IMG/VR virus record: IMGVR_UViG_2778261182_000003
Coordinates: 1 to 6,111 of that record
Strand: one strand, 5' to 3'
Length of the DNA: 6,111 nucleotides
DNA from: a virus
Taxonomy: Duplodnaviria > Heunggongvirae > Uroviricota > Caudoviricetes
Every line of letters starts with the position of its first letter. Positions within the stretch are counted from its first letter, which is position 1. A model generated the notes under the pieces. The model worked only from the letters and a program-made list of their open reading frames with translations. It was not told the origin of the DNA and ran no database searches. The position numbers were made by a program, and so were the translations under genes. Positions 1-5,735 of this stretch are shown here, one piece after another.

Positions 1-81
1 TCACTTTAAAAAGGGCGGACATCAGCCAGCAATGAAAACTGATGCCGCCAAAGGTACAAATCAACATGGAGTGTTGTAGCG

Positions 82-118
82 GGGTTGTCACTTAAGCGTA
101 TGGTCAACCTGACAACCC
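82..118. repeat. Perfect 9-bp inverted repeat GGGTTGTCA / TGACAACCC separated by 19 nt
   Basis: Read directly: 82-90 GGGTTGTCA and 110-118 TGACAACCC are exact reverse complements. The following sequence GGCGCATTTTCT has only a short T-run set 6 nt from the stem, so it is a poor intrinsic terminator; a protein-binding site or RNA hairpin is equally possible. Confidence 0.4.
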
Positions 119-298
119 GGCGCATTTTCTGGAGCAATGGAGGAAACCCCAGCCATACTTACCGCCGCGCCATTTCGCGGATTGCCACAACCGGAAGCGC
201 ACGGTCGAATTAAATTTAACGACACTACGAACTTCGCCGTGCACTTTCGTGTTGTGTGCCTGCTTTTAACCACGTCAGGCGAGGTGGTTCCTGTCATT

Positions 299-346
299 CC
301 CCAACAACAAGAAATTTGTATAATCCGGATACCCCAACAACGAGAA
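299..346 (+). promoter_or_regulatory. Candidate promoter for the downstream + strand gene: TATAAT -10 (319-324) bracketed by two 15-bp direct repeats CCCCAACAAC[A/G]AGAA
   Basis: TATAAT at 319-324 with TG immediately 5' of it (317-318). Direct repeats at 299-313 (CCCCAACAACAAGAA) and 332-346 (CCCCAACAACGAGAA) match 14/15. No good TTGACA-like -35 was found at 16-18 bp spacing, so promoter strength and identity are uncertain. Confidence 0.3.
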
Positions 347-381
347 GAGTGCTCAACGTGATAGCAGAACTGTCAGCGGCT

Positions 382-870
382 ATGGCTGCGATAAAGGAGA
401 CAGCTGGCCTCGCAAAGGTTATTAATGACGCAAAAACGGATGCAGAAGTTAAAGCCGCAACTATTGAACTTCAGAACAAACTAATCACGCTTCAGGCGGA
501 GTGCTTCTCTCTTGGCGATGCGATCCGTCTTCGTAACGAAGAGATAATGCTTCTCAAAGCAAAAATTGCAGAATTCGAAAACTTTCAGATTCAGACTGAA
601 GGTTATGTTCTTAACCAACTCGAATCGGGTGCTTTTGTATACTCGAAGGAGGAAACGGTGAATGGAGGCACTGTTACTATGCATCTTTGTCCAAAATGTT
701 TTGGACAAAAGACAGTATCTATACTCCAGCCATTCCCGGTTAGCGAAGATGCGCCTTTTCATGAAAGTAAGTGTCTCCACTGTGAAAACAAGTTTCTGAT
801 GAACAAAAATCCGGATTACATACCGCTGTCTTTTGATGAGATAGCGAGAACACTGGGCAGTAATCCGTAG
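382..870 (+). CDS. Hypothetical protein, ~162 aa: N-terminal coiled-coil-like region and C-terminal CxxC-x24-CxxC zinc-ribbon; no transmembrane segment
   Basis: Long ORF in the six-frame track (256..870); first in-frame ATG is at 382 (MAAIKETAG...). Alternative starts are GTG 358 or GTG 256; no convincing Shine-Dalgarno precedes 382, so the start is uncertain. Cys pairs CPKC and CLHC are 24 residues apart. I recognise no family. Confidence 0.55.
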   Translation: MAAIKETAGLAKVINDAKTDAEVKAATIELQNKLITLQAECFSLGDAIRLRNEEIMLLKAKIAEFENFQIQTEGYVLNQLESGAFVYSKEETVNGGTVTMHLCPKCFGQKTVSILQPFPVSEDAPFHESKCLHCENKFLMNKNPDYIPLSFDEIARTLGSNP

Positions 871-996
871 GTTATTGCTGTTGTGGATATCCAGATTGTT
901 AAAGAACATGCCGGATTCTTATCCGTGTCCGGCGCACGACCAAACGCTGTCACGTGTGGTCTCCATTCTCAACCAGTAACCTCAATGGAGGATAAA

Positions 997-1206
997 ATGC
1001 CAAACAAGCCAATACATCCGCTTATTGAAAAACAGATTGAATGCCTAGTTAATCAACTCAGGCAATCAGGGTTATTAAAAACTCATTCAGAGCTAGGGCT
1101 CACAGAATCGGCATTCGACGATAAATTAAATAATGCGCTTTATAATGGCATCATTGATTACAATCGTGGCGCTGGTCGTCGTGGCCCTGCTGGTACAGCT
1201 TTGTAA
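997..1206 (+). CDS. Hypothetical small protein, 69 aa
   Basis: ATG at 997 preceded by GGAGG (987-991) with 5-nt spacing; in frame with track ORF 883..1206 (which begins at a GTG). Stop TAA at 1204-1206. Alternative start ATG 985 lacks an SD. I recognise no family. Confidence 0.5.
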   Translation: MPNKPIHPLIEKQIECLVNQLRQSGLLKTHSELGLTESAFDDKLNNALYNGIIDYNRGAGRRGPAGTAL

Positions 1207-1857
1207 TTACCAGTTAATCCATAGCGGATAGTGTTCAGCATAAATATAACTATACACATCCAGGTTGTATTTGCGGTCTGTCCTTAGCAGGTCGCAAATA
1301 CAGGCCGCAGCTTCCAGGGCAGCAGCTTTGTTGCTGAATAACCATGTAGCAACATTCCAGCGATTATCTGTATCCCACTCTTTTGCGAGAGTTGACACCA
1401 CGAAGGAGCCGTTGGTATTGCCATCAAATACTTCCGTTTCCAGATTTTTACGTAATGCCTGGTGAATTCTTGCCAGATATTCAGTCGGAATTTCGCCACG
1501 AATTCGGATAAGGTTGTCATAAACAAACATGTTCCCCGCATATGGCGATTTTTCTTTCCTGCATTTTAAGCCAGCATCACGGGTAAACTGGTCAATTTCT
1601 TCTTCGGTTTGTTTCGTATTGATGTTTTGCGTTATCGTTTCTGCAATGGGCTTTGCTTTATTTTCTACACAATGATTGTTTGTGAACGAATCTGAATACA
1701 GTCCGGTAAAAGAATTGCGGACATGATTTGATAAATTTCTGATGAACACCTTATCTACTAATATCATTGGGTTCCGCGCCAGTTGCGAGCGAATCACATC
1801 AGCGGCCATTTCCTGTATTGGTAGTGGTAAATCTTTAAATTCCATCGTCAGCCTCAT
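1207..1857 (-). CDS. Hypothetical protein, 216 aa, soluble, unknown function; second gene of the leftward early operon
   Basis: Uninterrupted 651-nt ORF on - strand. Start ATG (1857-1855) overlaps the TGA stop of the upstream small gene by 1 nt (TGATG), indicating translational coupling. Alternative start 4 codons downstream (ATG 1845-1843) has a GAGG SD. No Walker motif or hydrophobic segment; no family recognised. Confidence 0.7.
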   Translation of the reverse strand: MRLTMEFKDLPLPIQEMAADVIRSQLARNPMILVDKVFIRNLSNHVRNSFTGLYSDSFTNNHCVENKAKPIAETITQNINTKQTEEEIDQFTRDAGLKCRKEKSPYAGNMFVYDNLIRIRGEIPTEYLARIHQALRKNLETEVFDGNTNGSFVVSTLAKEWDTDNRWNVATWLFSNKAAALEAAACICDLLRTDRKYNLDVYSYIYAEHYPLWINW

Positions 1858-2009
1858 CAGTCAGTGTTTCTTGCTAACCAGCGACGTGCGCCAGATTCGG
1901 TTTTAAACGTTTTGCTTTTGGTATACGTCATCGCGGTGAACGTACCGTCCTGGTTGGGGAACACGCCGCACACCAGAGATTCACTGTTGCCAAGATCGAT
2001 AGTATCCAT
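1857..2009 (-). CDS. Hypothetical small protein, 50 aa (MDTIDLGNSE...ARRWLARNTD); first gene of the leftward operon
   Basis: In-frame ATG at 2009-2007 preceded by GAGG at 5-nt spacing and AAGGGG further upstream. The track ORF extends upstream to GTG 2063, which I consider less likely. Stop TGA (1859-1857) overlaps the next gene's ATG. Confidence 0.5.
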   Translation of the reverse strand: MDTIDLGNSESLVCGVFPNQDGTFTAMTYTKSKTFKTESGARRWLARNTD

Positions 2010-2085
2010 GTTGACCTCATTTCCCCTTAACGCTGGGGTAGCGGAACTGTTTGCTGAGAACACCGTGCGGTGTCTTGATGAGTAG

Positions 2086-2139
2086 AATTTAGAATAACCT
2101 AAGAATTGCGGTCAAGCTTTTTATGTAGAAAAACCTAAG
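2086..2139 (-). promoter_or_regulatory. OL/PL-like region: leftward promoter (-35 TTGACC at plus 2115-2110; -10 CTAAAT/TAAATT around 2092-2086) overlapped by two TTAG-N6-CTAA operator-like palindromes
   Basis: Palindrome TTTAG-aataac-CTAAG at 2088-2103; imperfect GTAG-aaaaac-CTAAG at 2124-2139. The same TTAG-N6-CTAA motif recurs in the repressor/Cro intergenic region. The promoter hexamers were read by eye and TSS is not determined. Confidence 0.4.
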
Positions 2140-2150
2140 TTTTTTGATGT

Positions 2151-2179
2151 AAAAAACACAAGTATTTGAAAGTTTGTGC
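2151..2179 (-). terminator. Weak terminator-like hairpin downstream of the repressor gene (- strand RNA: GCACAA-loop-UUGUGU followed by U6)
   Basis: On the - strand, plus 2174-2179 pairs with plus 2157-2162 (6 bp including one G-U, AU-rich), followed by a U6 run (plus 2151-2156 = AAAAAA). Low stem stability, so speculative. Confidence 0.25.
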
Positions 2180-2212
2180 TTTTTATTACAGGGAGTGGCG
2201 AAAAAAGGGGGG

Positions 2213-2620
2213 TTATTTATTTGCGCTTCTTTTGCGAGCTTTGAGTAGTTCTTCAAAAAGTTTGTTGAAATTCTCAACTCGAGCACGCATCTCTGACAAC
2301 AGAGCCTTTTGCTCTGACTCAGGCAGTGCGTCGAACAGTTGAAGCAACTCTTTTTGATCTTCTGTCAGATTGACTGGCTGATTATCTGGGATCGGTTCGC
2401 CTGGTTGCTTATCTTCATCTCCAAAAAGAAGCCAAGTCGGCGAGCACTGAAGCGCCTGGCTCAGTGCGAATAATCTCTTCCCCGCTGGCTGTGTTTCATC
2501 TCTTTCCCATTGAGAAATTGTTACGTGAGCCACTTTGACCAGCTTACCTAATGCGGCCTGAGACAGTTTTAATTTTTTACGCCTGTATAAGAGGCGAGCA
2601 CCGAAGGTTTCGTTTTTCAT
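2213..2620 (-). CDS. dicA: Prophage repressor, DicA family (XRE-type HTH), 135 aa
   Basis: 135-aa ORF whose N-terminal HTH (LSQAALGKLVKVAHVTISQWERDET) and C-terminal segments (LFALSQALQCSPTWLLFGDEDKQP; ALPESEQ...EMRARVENFNKLFEELLKARKR) closely match E. coli DicA as I recall it. Divergent arrangement with a Cro-like gene. The symbol denotes family resemblance, not proven orthology. Confidence 0.9.
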   Translation of the reverse strand: MKNETFGARLLYRRKKLKLSQAALGKLVKVAHVTISQWERDETQPAGKRLFALSQALQCSPTWLLFGDEDKQPGEPIPDNQPVNLTEDQKELLQLFDALPESEQKALLSEMRARVENFNKLFEELLKARKRSANK

Positions 2621-2690
2621 ATTAGGTAATTCTAATTTTTCTTGACTTAGGTTTCTCTACGATCTAGTTTCCTTAGGAAAATCTAAGGAG
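2621..2690. promoter_or_regulatory. OR-like divergent promoter/operator region with three TTAG-N6-CTAA sites; rightward promoter TTGACT(2642-2647)-N17-TAGTTT(2665-2670); leftward -10 TAGAAT (plus 2634-2629) ending 8 nt before the repressor ATG
   Basis: Sites: ATTAG-gtaatt-CTAAT 2621-2636 (perfect), TTAG-gtttct-CTAc 2647-2660 (imperfect), CTTAG-gaaaat-CTAAG 2672-2687 (perfect); centres about 25-26 bp apart. AAGGAG RBS at 2685-2690 lies 6 nt before ATG 2697. No SD precedes the repressor ATG. Confidence 0.5.
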
Positions 2691-2696
2691 TTCGAT

Positions 2697-2924
2697 ATGT
2701 TGAAAATTGATGCTATAGCGTTTTTTGGCAGCAAAACAAAGCTTGCCAATGCCGCAGGAGTTAGGCTGGCAAGCGTTGCTGCATGGGGGAAACTGGTTCC
2801 TGAAGGTCGCGCGATGCGCCTGCAAGAGGCATCCGGCGGGGAACTTCAGTACGACCCCAAAGTTTATGACGAATATCGTAAGGCAAAGCGGGCGGGGCGG
2901 TTGAACAATGAAAATCACCCCTGA
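2697..2924 (+). CDS. dicC: Cro-like small regulator of the DicC/YdaS family, 75 aa
   Basis: Divergent from the DicA-like repressor; AAGGAG RBS; sequence (GRAMRLQEASGGELQYDPKVYDEYRK) matches DicC/YdaS-type proteins as I recall them. The symbol denotes family resemblance. Confidence 0.8.
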   Translation: MLKIDAIAFFGSKTKLANAAGVRLASVAAWGKLVPEGRAMRLQEASGGELQYDPKVYDEYRKAKRAGRLNNENHP

Positions 2925-3459
2925 ACAGGTTTGTGAGGCTCTGGATGCCTGGGTATGCCGACCAGGAATGACACAGGAGCAGGCGACGATATTAATCACG
3001 GAAGCATTCTGGGCTCTGAAAGAACGCCCGAACATTGATGTTCAACGCGTCACGTTTGATGATGGCGCGGTTGATCAACGGGCACTGGGCGTTAACCGGG
3101 TGAAGATATTCGAACGCTGGAAAGCTATCGACACCAGGGATAAGCGTGAAAAATTCACGGCGCTGATTCCGGCAATTATGGAGGCTATCCGGATCAGTGA
3201 TTTCAGGTTGTATCGTGAAATTACTGACGGAAAAAGCATTACGTACATGATCGCCGGGTTAAACAAAGAATATGGCGATGTGGTGGAGTCCGGGCTGCTT
3301 TTTGCGGATCCAGCTGTTGTGGAACGTGAGACTGACGAGCTTATAGAAAAAGCTATTGCTTTCAAGCATGCGTATCGTCAGCAATACAAACATTACTTTG
3401 CAGATAAACAAATATCTGTCTGGGGTTCGTATGAGTATCGATGCACTACGATGGGCTAA
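2908..3459 (+). CDS. YdaT-family protein (CII-like regulator analogue of Rac-type prophages), 183 aa
   Basis: ATG 2908 overlaps the upstream gene by 17 nt. Segment IFERWKAIDTRDKREKFTALIPAIMEAI resembles the conserved core of Rac YdaT as recalled; position immediately after the Cro analogue fits. Confidence 0.7.
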   Translation: MKITPEQVCEALDAWVCRPGMTQEQATILITEAFWALKERPNIDVQRVTFDDGAVDQRALGVNRVKIFERWKAIDTRDKREKFTALIPAIMEAIRISDFRLYREITDGKSITYMIAGLNKEYGDVVESGLLFADPAVVERETDELIEKAIAFKHAYRQQYKHYFADKQISVWGSYEYRCTTMG

Positions 3460-4471
3460 AAAGGTGAAAACCGGCAGTTCATCCAGTAAGTCAGTATTGA
3501 CCTGGCTTGCTGATATGTGCGGTGCCGATTTGTGTGCATACCCGTCTGTATCTGCACTGGCAGAAGTAACGGAACTGAACAAAAAGACTGTGCAGGACAG
3601 CTTACGACACCTGATGGAGATTGGGTTAATTGTTGATACCGGTGAGAGAAAAGGCCGAACAAAGCAAATTGTGGTGTACCGACTTATCGGTGTAGAAGAA
3701 AGCGTTGCCGAGCCTGAATACACCCAAAAACGGGAGTCTTTAAAGGTGAGTAAAATTGGTGCTGTTAATAAAAACAGTACCGAAAATGGTTATGTTTCAG
3801 CACAAAACAGACCCAAAAACGAAACTCTTAGTTGCATGGAAAATAACCAAAGACACCCAAATTTTCCATCAAAGACACCCAAAAACGGATCACGGAACCC
3901 AAAGGAACCCAAAGATCTAAACCCCACACATAACGCACGCGAGAGTGCTCCGACCAGTGAGCAGGAAGTTTTGTCGTTACAGGCAGCACCCCCTGTATTC
4001 CTGGATGGCCTGAGCGAACCCATCGGAAAATTTCCGATGACCGATAGCTGGTATCCGTCACGGGATTTTCGACGACGTGCTGCGTTGTGGGGGATGGCTT
4101 TGCCGGAGACAGAATTCACACCTGCTGAACTTGCCGCCTTCCGGGACTACTGGGCAGCGGAGGGGAAAGTGTTTACGCAGATTCAGTGGGAGCAGAAATT
4201 CGCCCGTCACGTAAATCACGTCAGGGCGCAGGTTAAACCAGTCAGCAAGGGGGTAAACCATGCAGCAGCACCAGGTGACACCGCATCACGGGCAGTTCAG
4301 GAGATTCGGGCAGCACGTGAGCAGTGGGAACGTGAAAACGGATTTATCAGCGACGGAAACGGCCTGGAAGCTGTGGGAACTCATGGGGGAGGTTTATTCG
4401 AACCGCTGGATCCAGAAGAACGGGGCCGCACCTTCGAAGCTCTGGATTGCACAGATTGGTGCGATGACTGA
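3431..4471 (+). CDS. Replication initiation protein (lambda O analogue): N-terminal winged-helix replication-protein domain and DnaT-like C-terminal region; 346 aa as read
   Basis: Start ATG 3431 (MSIDALRWAKK...) gives the typical N-terminus of phage HTH replication proteins (...YPSVSALAEVTELNKKTVQDSLRHLMEIGLI...). C-terminal FPMTDSWYPSRDF...YWAAEG resembles DnaT-type domains. The track ORF begins at an upstream TTG (3356) inside the preceding gene. The last ~72 codons overlap the next gene in another frame (see findings). Confidence 0.75.
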   Translation: MSIDALRWAKKVKTGSSSSKSVLTWLADMCGADLCAYPSVSALAEVTELNKKTVQDSLRHLMEIGLIVDTGERKGRTKQIVVYRLIGVEESVAEPEYTQKRESLKVSKIGAVNKNSTENGYVSAQNRPKNETLSCMENNQRHPNFPSKTPKNGSRNPKEPKDLNPTHNARESAPTSEQEVLSLQAAPPVFLDGLSEPIGKFPMTDSWYPSRDFRRRAALWGMALPETEFTPAELAAFRDYWAAEGKVFTQIQWEQKFARHVNHVRAQVKPVSKGVNHAAAPGDTASRAVQEIRAAREQWERENGFISDGNGLEAVGTHGGGLFEPLDPEERGRTFEALDCTDWCDD

Positions 4472-4925
4472 GCAGCAAATCCGACAGGTCTGCCGCCAGT
4501 GCATGGACCGCTGCCGGGCGGGTGAAACATGGCCTCCGGACCTGGCTGAGTTTGTGGCGCTGATTTCTGAAAGCGGAGCCAATCCATTCGGTCTGACGGT
4601 GAATGCCGTGATGGAGGAGTACCGCCGCTGGCGCAACGAGTCCTGGCGATACGACGGGAGCGATAAATACCCGTGGTCTCAGCCTGTGCTGTATCACATT
4701 TGCCTCGAGATGCGTTCAAAGGGGATTGAGCGGCAGATGACCGAAGGGGAGTTAAAACGGCTTGCAGAACGGCAGCTGACGAAATGGGCAAAGCATGTTG
4801 GTGACGGCTTCAGCGTTCCGCCCGTACGGCGGCAACTGGCAGCACCAAAACGCCCGTCGGGGCCAACACCAATTGAGTTGCTGAAACAGGAATATGAACG
4901 CCGGAAAGCGGCTGGTTTTGTTTGA
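4260..4925 (+). CDS. Replication protein P-like (putative DnaB helicase loader), 221 aa
   Basis: ATG 4260 preceded by AAGGGGG (4247-4253) at 6-nt spacing. Protein aligns by eye with lambda P as recalled (SNRW...LWIAQIGAMTEQQ vs ...RRQWVLAFRENGITTMEQV; YPWSQPVLY vs YPWKSNAHYW; similar overall length). In-frame alternative starts at 4383 and 4464 would truncate the conserved N-terminal region. Confidence 0.65.
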   Translation: MQQHQVTPHHGQFRRFGQHVSSGNVKTDLSATETAWKLWELMGEVYSNRWIQKNGAAPSKLWIAQIGAMTEQQIRQVCRQCMDRCRAGETWPPDLAEFVALISESGANPFGLTVNAVMEEYRRWRNESWRYDGSDKYPWSQPVLYHICLEMRSKGIERQMTEGELKRLAERQLTKWAKHVGDGFSVPPVRRQLAAPKRPSGPTPIELLKQEYERRKAAGFV

Positions 4926-4958
4926 GTTGATAAGTAATTTTACCGGGAGGAAATTTTA

Positions 4959-5720
4959 ATGGAGACTGTTTTTGACGCACTGAAAGCAATGGGAAAAGCC
5001 ACGTCGGTAGAACTCGCTGCGCGACTTGATATCAGTCGTGAAGAAGTGCTGAACGAGCTGTGGGAACTGAAAAAGGCTGGCTTCGTTGATAAAAGCGTAT
5101 ACACCTGGCGTGTGGCTGATAACAACGTTCAGCAGGAACAGCCAGCGCTGGCAGAACTGCCGGAAGAAACTACCACGGCAACAGTCGCTAAAATTTCGGA
5201 GAGCGATTTAACTGCGACGATTGAACAACGTGGACCACAAACGGCGGATGAACTGGCTACGCTGTTCGGTACCACATCCCGCAAAGTGGCTTCAACGCTG
5301 GCAATGGCAATCAGCAAAGGTCGTCTGATTCGTGTAAACCAGAACGGTAAATTTCGTTACTGCATACCGGGTGATAATTTACCAGCAGAGCCGAAAGTTG
5401 AATCGGTAGCGGAAACCGATGGTAAAGCCTTTCCTCAGCCAGCAGGTGTTGCGTTACCAGTACAGGAAGCTGCAACACAGGAAGATATTAAAACAGAAAC
5501 TGTGGCTGATATTGTGCAATCGTTGCCATCGTTTACTGAAACGCGAGCGGATGACCTGGTTTTACCATCGCTGCATATGGCAAACCGCGAATTGCGTCGG
5601 GCGAAAAGTCATGTCCAGAAGTGGGAGCGAGTCTGCGCCGCGCTGCGGGAGCTGAACAAGCACCGGGATATTGTTCGACAGATTACTGATTTTTCCCGCC
5701 GTGTTGCATCGGAAAAGTGA
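4959..5720 (+). CDS. Conserved hypothetical prophage protein, 253 aa, with two winged-helix-like segments and an acidic linker
   Basis: ATG 4959 with GGGAGG (4945-4950) upstream. HTH-like segments at the N-terminus ([30 protein letters not shown]) and mid-protein ([30 protein letters not shown]). Family assignment not verified. Confidence 0.7.
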   Translation: METVFDALKAMGKATSVELAARLDISREEVLNELWELKKAGFVDKSVYTWRVADNNVQQEQPALAELPEETTTATVAKISESDLTATIEQRGPQTADELATLFGTTSRKVASTLAMAISKGRLIRVNQNGKFRYCIPGDNLPAEPKVESVAETDGKAFPQPAGVALPVQEAATQEDIKTETVADIVQSLPSFTETRADDLVLPSLHMANRELRRAKSHVQKWERVCAALRELNKHRDIVRQITDFSRRVASEK

Positions 5721-5735
5721 TTGCCGGAGGCGCTT

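Noticed and set aside
88-361. Track ORFs 88..297 (-) and 137..361 (+) in the left non-coding region
   Set aside because: Short, no RBS, odd amino-acid composition, and overlapping a region with repeat and promoter-like features; treated as non-coding.
256-381. GTG 256 or GTG 358 as the start of the zinc-ribbon gene, and an AGGAG at 394-398
   Set aside because: The 256 start would place the TATAAT and direct repeats inside the coding region. The AGGAG lies inside the frame (codes K-E) with no in-frame start codon downstream at suitable spacing. GTG 358 remains a possible alternative to ATG 382.
910-933. GC-rich inverted repeat GCCGGA-N12-TCCGGC between the two + strand genes, as an intrinsic terminator
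   Set aside because: No T-run follows on the + strand and only a weak U-rich stretch follows on the - strand; it may be a regulatory or processing hairpin but cannot be called a terminator.
1723-1740. R-x4-H (RNLSNH) motif in the 216-aa protein, as a possible HEPN RNase signature
   Set aside because: A six-residue motif of this kind is expected by chance in a protein this size, and it sits near the N-terminus without other HEPN features; not enough to call.
2149-2165. Third degenerate copy of the OL-like repeat (GTAAAAAACACAAG)
   Set aside because: Lacks the TTAG/CTAA arms; this sequence is better explained as part of the weak terminator-like hairpin.
2201-2212. A6G6 tract (C6T6 on the - strand) immediately after the repressor stop, as a terminator
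   Set aside because: There is a U-run on the - strand RNA but no complementary G-rich segment to form a stem.
4383-4466. Internal ATGs 4383 and 4464 as P-like start codons (4464 would give a neat ATGACTGA start/stop overlap with the O-like gene)
   Set aside because: Similarity to lambda P, as recalled, extends upstream of both, and ATG 4260 has the only strong RBS; kept as alternatives pending resolution of the G5-tract question.
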